Positions 9,710 to 19,154 are shown, numbered from the stretch's first letter. The stretch is DNA of 64,000 nt from Promethearchaeota archaeon (GCA_018238625.1 JABCSY010000005.1:1-64000), one strand, 5' to 3'. Numbers and translations are program-made. Notes: generated by a model not told the origin, from the sequence alone.

Positions 9710-10609
9710 TTACGAGTATTCTTCTTTTATAAGTTTTTCAACGCGAGATAAAGGCAGAGAAAATGGTCCCATTGATTCCATTTTAAGAGAAGTTAAAGCT
9801 GCGGAGAATCTCAAGGATTCCTCTGGATTTTTAGTTATTCGAGAACCCAAATAGCTGATAAACGCTGTATCGCCCCTCCCTGTCCTTCCTATGCTCCCTT
9901 TATTTTTCCAAGGAAAAAAGTAAGAGTTGTTATTAACGCTTACATTGACTCCTTTTTCGTGTGTAATAAGAACTTCTTTCGGTCCAAATTTGTTTAGTAG
10001 TTTTGCTGCTTTCCGTACTGAAGATAGGTTTGTAAGGACTTTCGCTTCGGTTGTGTCAAGTTTTAAGAAATTTACTTTAGATATTATCTCAATCTTTTCT
10101 TTTTCGGTTAAATCGTAGTATTGTATTTTGTTATCCTTTAAGCCTCTAATAAATCCTTGTATATCAAGACCCAATTTTCCACTATATATTTCAGACAAAT
10201 ATTCTAACAGTTCTAAGTCGATTTCGCCCGCAAGAATCGGACCTATAACGAAATATTTCGTATCAATTTCAGGAATCTCTTCTTTAGTAAATGCACCTGC
10301 AAAACCTAAAGGTTCGTAACTTCTAAATTCCATATTTTGAGATAAATATATATTTTTAATCCCTGATGTTTCTTTAGCGGGATTCGCAAAGTACTTAATA
10401 TTGTTTTTATCAAAAATACCTAAATCGGGGAAATCGTCGCTTTTCAAACGCGTAATAATCGCTACTTTTAAACCCATTCGGCTTCCTGCGATTCCACCGT
10501 AAAACACAGCCCCTCCTAACGCTGTTTTGCTCACACCATCAATCACTATAATATCTTTCGCAAAATGACCAATTATAACGATATCTGATTCAAATACTTT
10601 TCGAAGCAT
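9710..10609 (-). CDS. PfkB family carbohydrate kinase
   Basis: GH.AKD, LGGAVFY, DIQGFIR, GRTGRGDT anion-hole motif. Confidence 0.88.
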   Translation of the reverse strand: MLRKVFESDIVIIGHFAKDIIVIDGVSKTALGGAVFYGGIAGSRMGLKVAIITRLKSDDFPDLGIFDKNNIKYFANPAKETSGIKNIYLSQNMEFRSYEPLGFAGAFTKEEIPEIDTKYFVIGPILAGEIDLELLEYLSEIYSGKLGLDIQGFIRGLKDNKIQYYDLTEKEKIEIISKVNFLKLDTTEAKVLTNLSSVRKAAKLLNKFGPKEVLITHEKGVNVSVNNNSYFFPWKNKGSIGRTGRGDTAFISYLGSRITKNPEESLRFSAALTSLKMESMGPFSLPLSRVEKLIKEEYS

Positions 10610-10716
10610 AATGATTGGTATTAAAATAATAAGAAAACATCTAATCTGAATTAGAAAATTAAAATTCTCTAGTTAAGTTATAAAAAAAAGGAAATAATAA
10701 AAACTTTTAAACGAGT

Positions 10717-10947
10717 TTATTCATAAGCAAATAACGGGTTAACTTTTGAATTATTAAAATAACTATCTAAGATTCGTTCTTCAATCTTGTAAATACTTGA
10801 AGCTTTGGTTAAAAAGCAATTCCAATCGTAACATTTTCGATCGTCCTGAAATACTACTCCATGACTTATCGAATTCTGATTGCAATCGTGGTATAACGCA
10901 TGATGTTTTCCACATTTTTCACATTTTATCAATTTTTTTAACATCAC
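10717..10947 (-). CDS. Small putative zinc-binding hypothetical protein
   Basis: CEKCGKHH..YHDC. Confidence 0.5.
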   Translation of the reverse strand: MMLKKLIKCEKCGKHHALYHDCNQNSISHGVVFQDDRKCYDWNCFLTKASSIYKIEERILDSYFNNSKVNPLFAYE

Positions 10948-11215
10948 CTTTTATTTTTGTGGGAATTTTTTCCTTATTATTATATTATTGTGAAAGTATA
11001 TTTAAAAACTTTTTCATATTTTTTTCCATTTCTTTCATTTTTGTTTTAGAAAATAAAGTTTTATTAAGAAAAATGTTTAGATTGAATAACATTTCATGAA
11101 CAAATCACTAAATCACATTAAAAAAGTATCAAATATTTGAATTTTTTTCAGCTAAAAATAACCAAAATCGACAAAAATAGGGAAATAATCCAATTTTTTT
11201 TTCAAAACATTTATA

Positions 11216-11260
11216 TATAACTGTTGTTATACAATCCTTGTAATATAACAAATGTTATAT
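11216..11260. promoter_or_regulatory. Pair of palindromic operators TATAAC-N4-GTTATA upstream of the TetR gene
   Basis: TATAACtgttGTTATA at 11216-11231 and TATAACaaatGTTATA at 11244-11259. Confidence 0.7.
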
Positions 11261-11280
11261 ATATAAAAAGGATAAAAAAA

Positions 11281-11865
11281 ATGCCACCAATAAAGTATTT
11301 TACTCGTACCCACATCGTTGATGCTGCTTTTAATGTAATTAATAGTCCTGATGTTCAAGATTTAACTGCAAGGCGAGTTGCAGAATATTTAAATTCATCT
11401 ACTCAACCTGTATACAGTTATTTTAATTCGATGCATGAATTAAAACGAGCAGTAATGGAAAAAATAAAAGACATGTTAATAGATTATGCCAAAAAAAATC
11501 ATACTGAATATACATTTCTTAACATCGGATTAGGAGTGTTATTGTTCGCTAAAAAATATCCATATTCTTATCGAGCTTTATTTTTAGAAGGAAATATCTA
11601 TAAAGATCTCATTTTAGATTTTATAACGACTCTTGAAATTCTAATGGCTAAAGATAATACAATGACTTTTTTGAATGTTGAGCAACAAAAAAGCCTTTTA
11701 GATAAGATGGTGATTTATACTCATGGACTAGCATCATTAATTTGTGCTGAAATGATTGAAGATACGACTCAAGAAGCTTTACTAGGTAAATTAATGGAAG
11801 TAGGTGGCAGTTTGATTGATCATACAATCCAAAATATAAAAAAATCTGGAAAAAATTTGAAATAA
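11281..11865 (+). CDS. TetR/AcrR family transcriptional regulator (ATG 11281 preferred over TTG 11224)
   Basis: LTARRVAEYLNSSTQPVYSYF HTH; C-terminal HGLASL. Confidence 0.88.
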   Translation: MPPIKYFTRTHIVDAAFNVINSPDVQDLTARRVAEYLNSSTQPVYSYFNSMHELKRAVMEKIKDMLIDYAKKNHTEYTFLNIGLGVLLFAKKYPYSYRALFLEGNIYKDLILDFITTLEILMAKDNTMTFLNVEQQKSLLDKMVIYTHGLASLICAEMIEDTTQEALLGKLMEVGGSLIDHTIQNIKKSGKNLK

Positions 11866-11890
11866 CTTTAAAAGAGGATCGAATTTAAAA

Positions 11891-13006
11891 ATGACAAAGG
11901 AAAAAAAGGCAGTAATTATTTATGGTAGTCCAAGACGTACAAAATCTGCTTCCTATCATCTTGGGAAAAGCTTTATCAAAGGTTTACAAAGGGGGGGTTT
12001 TGAAGTGGAAGAAATCATGTTAGCCAATCAGAAAATACATCATTGTGTTGGTTGTTACACATGTTGGACCAAGACTCCCGGAGAATGTATTCATAATGAT
12101 GATATGAACGCATTGAGATTAAAATTGCGGAATGTTTCTATCACGATATATGCCACACCTTTATATATATTCAGTGTGCCGGGAATTGTAAAAGATTTTT
12201 TGGATAGACAATTACCTGAGTTTGAACCTTACTTAATTGAGAGAAATGGGATCACATCTCATCCCTATAGATATGAGTTAGAGGGTTTTCAACGGAGAAT
12301 GTTCCTGATCTGCGTTGCGGGATTTCCTGAACAATCTCATTTTGATGCTGTGGTACAGATGTTTAAGAAGAAAACAACAACAGCGGGAGAAACTTATATT
12401 GGAGATATATTAATCGGAGGGTCAGAATTAATAAGCAAGGATAACAGTCAACAATCTTTCAAAAAACTTTATGAATATGTAGAAAATGCTGGATATGAAG
12501 TAGCGACAATTGGTAAGATATCGGAAAAGACTAAAAATTTAATTAAGGAAGTATATGAATTTAAGCCTGAGGAGCTTGAAGTGTTTCGAAGTATGGCTAA
12601 CAAATACTGGGATTCAACGATTCCAAGAGATTATGATAAAGAGGATATTTCAATTTCTGAAGAAAAAATTCCATTGAAGCTCTCAGATGGAGGGATGGAA
12701 GCAACTTTTGCTGGAATGGCAATGGTATACAACCCAAATATCATCAAAGGGTTAACAGGCGTTTTTCAGTTCCACCTTGATGATGAAATTTATTACTTAG
12801 CCTTTGATGGTAATAAATGTAAAGCATATAAAGGGTCTTATCCTAAACCATTAACGACAATAATCTCACCTAAAGATGTATGGATGAAAATTTCGAATGG
12901 CGAGCTTGAAGGGCGACAAGCTTTAATGAGAGGATTATTTCAAGTAAAAGGAGATATGAACCTATTAATTAGAATGAACGAAATGTTTGAATCGACAAAA
13001 ACTTAA
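11891..13006 (+). CDS. Flavodoxin-like (NADPH-dependent FMN reductase / iron-sulfur flavoprotein) fused to SCP2 sterol-binding domain
   Basis: YGSPR, CVGCYTCWTKTPGECIH.DDM, ATPLY; C-terminal ALMRG...VKGDM SCP2 motif. Confidence 0.85.
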   Translation: MTKEKKAVIIYGSPRRTKSASYHLGKSFIKGLQRGGFEVEEIMLANQKIHHCVGCYTCWTKTPGECIHNDDMNALRLKLRNVSITIYATPLYIFSVPGIVKDFLDRQLPEFEPYLIERNGITSHPYRYELEGFQRRMFLICVAGFPEQSHFDAVVQMFKKKTTTAGETYIGDILIGGSELISKDNSQQSFKKLYEYVENAGYEVATIGKISEKTKNLIKEVYEFKPEELEVFRSMANKYWDSTIPRDYDKEDISISEEKIPLKLSDGGMEATFAGMAMVYNPNIIKGLTGVFQFHLDDEIYYLAFDGNKCKAYKGSYPKPLTTIISPKDVWMKISNGELEGRQALMRGLFQVKGDMNLLIRMNEMFESTKT

Positions 13007-13050
13007 AATACACTCCAATAAGATAAAAAAAATAAAGTGGAAATTCAAAT

Positions 13051-13596
13051 CTATTTAATCTTAGGTTTTTTAAATTGGTATTTCTGTAATAATAAAAATA
13101 TTGCTAAAATAATTCCAATCGTTAAAGGTATTAACCCTTCTATAACATAGTGAGATGAATAACTTGTTTGAATTGTTCCATATATTTCTAATAAAGTTTC
13201 AGCAGTTATAATAATATTTATAACACCAATAAAAGGTTGATTTAGATAAAGGGTTTTATAGACTCCACTAATATTCTGCACCGCGTAACAAGGGAGATAT
13301 CCTCCTTGTTCATTAATCCAAGCACCGTAGTCGTTATCATTAAGTACTAATATTGAGAAAGAACTGTTAACTGCCCCTAGACTAATAGTCAGTTTTTGAT
13401 TATTTGAAAACATTGGATAATTATAGTGTATAGTATATGTTACACCTTCTGCTATACCAAATTGGCCTAAATTCTCAATCACAACTGTATTTGGGAACGG
13501 GATACTCATAAATGAAATTCCAAGAAATGAGAAAATTATCCCTATCACCATAATAATTGTATTTTTCTGCTTTTGTTTAGATTCCTTCTCAATCAT
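13051..13596 (-). CDS. Hypothetical membrane protein (N- and C-terminal TM helices)
   Basis: Two hydrophobic segments flanking a beta-rich region. Confidence 0.7.
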   Translation of the reverse strand: MIEKESKQKQKNTIIMVIGIIFSFLGISFMSIPFPNTVVIENLGQFGIAEGVTYTIHYNYPMFSNNQKLTISLGAVNSSFSILVLNDNDYGAWINEQGGYLPCYAVQNISGVYKTLYLNQPFIGVINIIITAETLLEIYGTIQTSYSSHYVIEGLIPLTIGIILAIFLLLQKYQFKKPKIK

Positions 13597-13670
13597 AAGA
13601 AATAATTACCTCTCTTTTATTGTAATCTAAATAGAAAGAAGAAATAAACTTATTTAAATAATGTGAATGA

Positions 13671-13732
13671 TTTTGAAACTTGTAAATAAGAGGTAACTAC
13701 GCGTTCTTTATGCGATATAAATATTGAAAATC
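13671..13732 (+). repeat. 62-bp dispersed direct repeat, copy 1 (copy 2 at 17523-17584)
   Basis: 6 mismatches in 62 bp by manual alignment; corresponds to the 3' end and downstream flank of the alpha/beta hydrolase gene. Confidence 0.85.
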
Positions 13733-13915
13733 TGGGAAATCTTCGCTTTTTAACCGTGTGATAATCGATACTTTTAAACCCATTCGACTTCCGGCAATTT
13801 CCCCTAAATATACAGAACCTTCTAATATTGATTTGCTCACTCCATCGATTTCTATAATATCTTTTGCAAAATGTCAAATTATAACGATATCTGACTCAAA
13901 TACTTCTTGAACCAT
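13697..13915 (-). pseudogene. Degenerate 5' fragment of a pfkB paralogue
   Basis: MVQEVFESDIVII*HFAKDIIEIDGVSK...IAGSRMGLKVSIITRLKSEDFPD aligns with the N-terminus of 9710-10609; in-frame TGA and truncation. Confidence 0.9.
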
Positions 13916-14285
13916 AATGACTGATACTAAAATTAAATAGATGTTTAAGAAATTATCTTTTTAAAATTATAACATTAAAATTTTTTTGATAATTGATTAG
14001 AAAAAAGGTAAGTACTAAGTTTTTTGATCCTTAATTATCTTTTTCTAACCATAACATTTATATCTTCTAGTACATTCGTTATAGGATGGGTCTATGGCGA
14101 GTATTCTCTAATTTTCTCCAATTTTATAGAATTGTTCGATTCTTACCTCAAAATTTAGACAAATACAGTGAAAATTTTCTATGAAATCAGAACGTTTTTA
14201 ACAATAGAATAATCAAAAAAATTATACTTAAAAATTTATTAATGAAAAAAAAAGGATATATTTAAATACCCAATAAAAATTTTTT

Positions 14286-15896
14286 ATGGGGGGAAAAAGC
14301 ATGAAACGAAATAAATTTAAATTAGCTTTATTAATCTCGTTGACCATTTTTTTTGGTGGCTTCACGGCGATTTATCTCTATAATAACAACAATTTATTGA
14401 AGGATAGTGTTGTCGACGATTTAGAGAGCTTTTCAGAAGAATTAAAAATTTCTGTTTGGAATTGGACCTCGACCGAGGTGGTCTCCACGGAAAGCACTGG
14501 TTATTCTTATGAACCAACAATAGCAACGGACGGTTCCGGAAACGCGCATGTTACGTGGGAGGATGATACGGATTATGGCGGTTCGGGAACGGATCGTGAT
14601 ATATTCTATAAGCGCTGGAGCGCGACCACGGCGGCCTGGACCACAACCGAGGTGGTCTCCACGGAAAGCACTGCCGGTTCTTTTAGACCAACAATAGCAA
14701 CGGACGGTTCCGGAAACGTGCACATTGCGTGGTATGATGATACGGATTATAGCGGTTCGGGAGCGGATGTGGATATATTCTATAAGCGCCGGAACGCGAC
14801 CACGGCGGCCTGGACCACGACCGAGGTGGTCTCCACGGAAAGCACTGCCGATTCTTATTACCCAACAATAGCAACGGACGGTTCCGGAAACGCGCACATT
14901 GCGTGGCAGGATTATACGGATTATGGCGGTTCGGGAAGTGATGCGGATGTATTCTATAAGCGCTGGAACGCGACCACGGCGGCCTGGACCACGACCGAGG
15001 TGGTCTCCACGGAAAGCACTGCCGGCTCTTATGAACCAACAATAGCAACGGACGGTTCCGGAAACGCGCACGTTGCGTGGTATGATTATACGGATTATGG
15101 CGGTTCGGGAGCGGATCCTGATATATTTTATAAGCGCTGGAGCGCGACCACGGCGGCCTGGACCACGACCGAGGTGGTCTCCACGGAAAGCACTGCCGGT
15201 TCTTTTAGACCAACAATAGCAACGGACGGTTCCGGAAACGCGCACATTGCGTGGGATGATGGTACGGATTATGGCGGTTCGGGAACGGATGAGGATGTAT
15301 TCTATAAGCGCCGGAACGCGACCACGGCGGTCTGGACCACGACCGAGGTGGTCTCCACGGAAAGCACTGCCGGTTCTTTTAGCCCAACAATAGCAACGGA
15401 CGGTTCCGGAAACGCGCACATTGCGTGGGAGGATGGTACGGATTATGGCGGTTCGGGAACGGATTATGATATATTTTATAAAAAATTCACGTCAACTCCG
15501 TTAAATCCATCCATAATTATAAATAATGGAGATGCGAGTACAAATTCCACCTTAGTGACTCTCGCGCTCTCGGCGGATGGTGCGACAGAAATGTGCTTTA
15601 GAAATGGAACTACTGGTGCTTGGACTGATTGGGAACCTTATGCTACAGCAAAACAGTTGTATCTAGAAGGCACTACAAATAATACGGAATATTCAATCTG
15701 TGTTAAGTTTCGAAATGCAATAGGAGAAACTTCGCCAGTTTGTGATAGCATTCTGTATACTTTAGAAAAAGTTGGTGAAGAAGGACCTCCATTTGCGATT
15801 ATCGTTGCTATTATCGCAGCAATTGCAGGTGGAGGATTAGCTGTTTCTATAACAACAATATTATTGATTCGAAAACGTCGGAGAAAAGTACAATAA
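14286..15896 (+). CDS. Membrane-anchored surface protein with six 58-aa repeats (probable 6-bladed beta-propeller), a beta-sandwich-like stalk and a C-terminal TM anchor
   Basis: N-terminal signal/TM segment; repeats TEVVSTEST..S..PTIATDGSGNAHIAW.D.TDYGGSG.D.DIFYKRW; C-terminal TM followed by RKRRRK. Confidence 0.85.
   Translation: MGGKSMKRNKFKLALLISLTIFFGGFTAIYLYNNNNLLKDSVVDDLESFSEELKISVWNWTSTEVVSTESTGYSYEPTIATDGSGNAHVTWEDDTDYGGSGTDRDIFYKRWSATTAAWTTTEVVSTESTAGSFRPTIATDGSGNVHIAWYDDTDYSGSGADVDIFYKRRNATTAAWTTTEVVSTESTADSYYPTIATDGSGNAHIAWQDYTDYGGSGSDADVFYKRWNATTAAWTTTEVVSTESTAGSYEPTIATDGSGNAHVAWYDYTDYGGSGADPDIFYKRWSATTAAWTTTEVVSTESTAGSFRPTIATDGSGNAHIAWDDGTDYGGSGTDEDVFYKRRNATTAVWTTTEVVSTESTAGSFSPTIATDGSGNAHIAWEDGTDYGGSGTDYDIFYKKFTSTPLNPSIIINNGDASTNSTLVTLALSADGATEMCFRNGTTGAWTDWEPYATAKQLYLEGTTNNTEYSICVKFRNAIGETSPVCDSILYTLEKVGEEGPPFAIIVAIIAAIAGGGLAVSITTILLIRKRRRKVQ
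14463..15482 (+). repeat. 174-bp tandem repeat, about 6 copies, GC-rich
   Basis: ACCGAGGTGGTCTCCACGGAAAGCACT starts at 14472, 14646, 14820, 14994, 15168 and 15342. Hand count gives 102/180 GC over 14821-15000. Confidence 0.97.
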
Positions 15897-16383
15897 TTAA
15901 ATTTTTCACTCTTTTTTTTCTTTATACATTCCAATTAAGACTCTTTGCTTTTTTGGTTAATTTGCCAAATGAATGATAAATTATAAACTTATTCATCTAA
16001 TTTCGTAAGTTAAGTTGATGATTGGCATAAATTTTGGAATTTTATAGAAATTACCAATATTTTATAAATAATTAGAAGGTTAAGCGGCAATTCAAGGAAT
16101 TAAATAAAAGAGAGCGCCTTAGTGTAATGCCCACTTATGTCCGGACAAATGAGATGATAAGGGTCCTCCCGAAGTGCTTTTTACCCGGATGTATATCTTG
16201 CAACGCAAGTTATTCAATATCTTGGACTTGAAGCAATTTACAGGAAAATAATTTTAATATGGTGGCAAAAAAATAATATTTTTCAATTAAAAGCCATAAG
16301 ATCATATTATAAAAAATAACTTTGAAAGTCAAGAATTATTAAAATTATTCTTTAATTTTTAAACCTTGAGAGACTTTTTAATT

Positions 16384-16670
16384 ATGGCAGAAAATAAAAG
16401 AATTGGATTTCGTATTGTTGGTACGATAAGAAGCATAAAAGGGCTCTGTAAAGCATGTCATAAAGTCGGAGATGAGATAGAATTAAGCGGACACAACACA
16501 TGAGGATTATGCGGATTTTTTATCGTGATATTTTTCCATATATTTTAATGCCTTAGTTTGGAGGTTCATTCCAAAAATGGAGTGGGGATGCCGATATTGT
16601 GGAGTTAGAATGTATAGATAATACAAATACCGTAAAAATAGAATTAAGAAGGATAAGAAATAACGACTAA
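16384..16670 (+). pseudogene. TIGR04076-family small Cys-rich protein pseudogene
   Basis: MAENKRIGFRIVGTIRSIKGLCKACHKVGDEIELSGHNT*GLCGF, then a frameshift in a T-run, then YRDIFPYILMP*FGG...VELECID...VKIELRRI. Confidence 0.75.
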
Positions 16671-16759
16671 GTAAAAGAATTTAAATTATTAATTTTAAAT
16701 AATTTTAAAAATTGAAAAAAAGATATAGTTATTTATAATATTATTGGAGCTAAAAGAAA

Positions 16760-17548
16760 ATGCCGTTTTTTGAAAATGAAGGCGTGAAAATACATTATGA
16801 AATCGAAGGAAACGGTCCGGATTTGATAATGATCCATGGATTCGCCACAAGTATCAAAATCAATTGGAAATTAACAAGCTGGATTAAAACTTTAAAAGAT
16901 AATAACAGGTTAATTTTGATAGATTGCCGCGGTCATGGAAAGAGCGACAAACCCACGGATCCAGCTCAATATGGCAAAAAAATGATGGAAGATATTGTGA
17001 AATTGATGGATCATTTGTCTATTGGAAAAGCAAATTTCTTTGGGTATTCCATGGGCGGAAGTATAACCTTCGGCTTATTACTACACGAACCTAATAGAGT
17101 TAAAAGCGCAGTATTAGGGGGATTTATTCCTTCTCAAATTAACCGTGAACAGTTGGAGCAATCTAACAAACCTATGATCAATGCCTTTAGTGCTGAAAGC
17201 GTTGAACAAGTAAAAAGCCCCATAGCTAAGCAGTTTCGTAAGTTCGCTGAATCAACTGGCGCAGATTTGAAAGCTTTAATTGCTGTCATGGAGGGGTTCG
17301 CTCGCGATGTAGACGATATTTTTTCGTCTTTCTCAGAAATGAAATTAACGTTCAAAAAAATTAAAGTACCCGTGTTATCTGTCTTAGGTTCTGACGATGC
17401 ATTGATGCCTAACAAAACTTTAATCGCAGAATTGATCCCAGGAGCTTGTCATTTTCAGATCCAAGGTAAAGATCACTCAACCGTACTTTTTGATCCAAAG
17501 TTTCACATGGTTGTTAAAGCTTTTTTGAAATTTGTAAATAAGAAGTAA
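16760..17548 (+). CDS. Alpha/beta fold hydrolase
   Basis: MIHGF, DCRGHGKS, GYSMG nucleophile elbow, GSDD, GKDH. Confidence 0.92.
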   Translation: MPFFENEGVKIHYEIEGNGPDLIMIHGFATSIKINWKLTSWIKTLKDNNRLILIDCRGHGKSDKPTDPAQYGKKMMEDIVKLMDHLSIGKANFFGYSMGGSITFGLLLHEPNRVKSAVLGGFIPSQINREQLEQSNKPMINAFSAESVEQVKSPIAKQFRKFAESTGADLKALIAVMEGFARDVDDIFSSFSEMKLTFKKIKVPVLSVLGSDDALMPNKTLIAELIPGACHFQIQGKDHSTVLFDPKFHMVVKAFLKFVNKK

Positions 17549-17584
17549 CTAAGCGTTCTTTATGGGATATAAATATTAAATATC
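17523..17584 (+). repeat. 62-bp dispersed direct repeat, copy 2
   Basis: Matches 13671-13732. Confidence 0.85.
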
Positions 17585-17605
17585 AAACAAAGATTAATAC
17601 AAATA

Positions 17606-17812
17606 ATGAATAAACGAATTAAGGAAATTTTAAAAACCCTACCGCTCTTATTTGTCTTTTTAATCGCAACAATTTTCTCAGTTACGTTTCTTGCAACGGG
17701 GAACTTTAGTAATTGGGTTGAGTATCAGATTGTTATAATTATAATGGTTACCTTAATTTATATTACGGGTTTTTTTTTCTTCACAATTTTTCATTACGTT
17801 ATTCGAAATTGA
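17606..17812 (+). CDS. Small two-TM membrane protein; stop codon supplied by the IS end
   Basis: Two hydrophobic helices; TGA 17810-17812 lies within the terminal TTGA of the IS. Confidence 0.6.
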   Translation: MNKRIKEILKTLPLLFVFLIATIFSVTFLATGNFSNWVEYQIVIIIMVTLIYITGFFFFTIFHYVIRN

Positions 17813-19142
17813 ACAACCATAACCTAAAGGTTATGGATTCGTAGGTTAGACTTTCAACACTACCGGATGGTTCAAGCACCCTCTATCCCCTATCCACTTG
17901 GATTTAGGGACTCCTTTTTGTAGAATGTTTCTTGAAGCGTTCACATCGGCGTTTAGAACAACTCCGCAATCTTTACAAACGTATAGTCCACGATACTTGC
18001 GATTTGACTTGCGTACGACTCCACACGAAGAGCACATTTGCGAAGTATATTCTTCGGTGATTCTCACTACTTTAATTCCAACCATCTCAGATTTATATTC
18101 AATTTGCTGGACAAGTTTTAAAAACGGCACGGAAACAAAGTTCTGGTTGTTTCTTTTCCCTATCTTAATTTTCTGCTTCCACCCCTCGTTATATCCGATA
18201 ACAATCGTTCCGATATCGTTAGAGATGCAGTGATTGACTATTTTTCGGGAAGTCTTGTGAAAGAAATCCCTTATTTTATTGTTTCGCTTTCGATGAAACT
18301 TCAAAATGCGTCCCGTGACATTCGTGTCGTTGCACTTTTTCGCCATGGACTTGTATTTTGACAGTTGCTTGTTGTAGAATTGATTGATTGACTTTACAAC
18401 ACCGCCCTTGATAATCAATGGCTTGTTTCCAATGTTATCTGACGCAGTTACGATATTGTTAAGTCCTAGATCGATTCCTAATGCGTTATTTTCGTTCAAG
18501 TGCAAGTCTTTTGGCTCGTAATCGTAGATTAATTCAATATTGTATCGATCTCCGAAAGGAACGATGCGAACGCCTTTTACGCTTTTTAACGCGGTTTTTA
18601 TTTTAGGAAAACCTAAGTTCTCCATCTTTTGTGTGAGTAATACGTGTCCATTCTTTAGCCTACATTGTAAGGAAGTGAAATAGACTACATTATGACCGTT
18701 TTTACGCTTGTAACGAGGAAGCTTTGGTATTCCCTTAAATTTAGACCGTTCGCTTTTCCAAACCTTGATTGCTTTAAAGAAACTCTTGAAATTTCTATCT
18801 ACTTGTTTTAGGACTTGCTGTGGCGGATGAGACCCGCACGATTCTTGTAGTTTTCTATACGATTCGTGAGTTTTTAGCAATTTCCACAACTCGTTATATC
18901 GAATCCAATGATGGTCCTTGAAAAATCGTTGTCGCACGGTATATGTCGCCACATTAAACAGGTTTTTAGAAAGAAAAGTTATCTCATCCAAAAGATTTAA
19001 TCGTTTGAATTGAACTTGTTGAACGAGTTGCATTAATTATAACGTGGAGTATTTCGTATTTAAAGAAATAGGGGTATAATTTTTACTGATTAATGCAAAT
19101 TTAACACAACTCTAAAGGGATGCGTTTTCTTTTGCGAAAGCG
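17809..19142 (-). mobile_element. IS200/IS605-family (IS1341-type, tnpB-only) element
   Basis: On the minus strand: target TTTAT (19147-19143), left-end hairpin AACGCATCCC-TTTA-GAGTTGTGTT, tnpB, right-end hairpin CCATAACC-TTTA-GGTTATGG, terminal TCAA. No tnpA. Confidence 0.85.
17846..19033 (-). CDS. tnpB: RNA-guided endonuclease TnpB
   Basis: GIDLG (RuvC-I), IVIGYNEGWKQ, TEEYTSQMCSSC...CKDC zinc finger, NADVNAS (RuvC-III). Confidence 0.95.
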   Translation of the reverse strand: MQLVQQVQFKRLNLLDEITFLSKNLFNVATYTVRQRFFKDHHWIRYNELWKLLKTHESYRKLQESCGSHPPQQVLKQVDRNFKSFFKAIKVWKSERSKFKGIPKLPRYKRKNGHNVVYFTSLQCRLKNGHVLLTQKMENLGFPKIKTALKSVKGVRIVPFGDRYNIELIYDYEPKDLHLNENNALGIDLGLNNIVTASDNIGNKPLIIKGGVVKSINQFYNKQLSKYKSMAKKCNDTNVTGRILKFHRKRNNKIRDFFHKTSRKIVNHCISNDIGTIVIGYNEGWKQKIKIGKRNNQNFVSVPFLKLVQQIEYKSEMVGIKVVRITEEYTSQMCSSCGVVRKSNRKYRGLYVCKDCGVVLNADVNASRNILQKGVPKSKWIGDRGCLNHPVVLKV

Positions 19143-19154
19143 ATAAAAATCGAA

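Noticed and set aside
14442-15419. 325-aa and 121-aa antisense ORFs over the repeat region
   Set aside because: Shadow frames: a stop-free GC-rich 174-bp unit propagates by tandem repetition, while the plus-strand protein has a signal peptide and anchor.
14463-15482. CRISPR array or local DGR interpretation of the repeats
   Set aside because: Units are 174 bp, in frame and lack unique spacers. There are no cas genes, reverse transcriptase or non-coding template repeat in the window.
16384-16670. In-frame TGA (16501) and TAG as selenocysteine/pyrrolysine or UGA=Gly recoding
   Set aside because: The TGA is not at a conserved Cys position as far as I recall the family, and the gene also has a frameshift and a TAG. 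The similar Gly-to-TGA in the pfkB fragment is also in a truncated relic, and intact genes here use TGA as stop.
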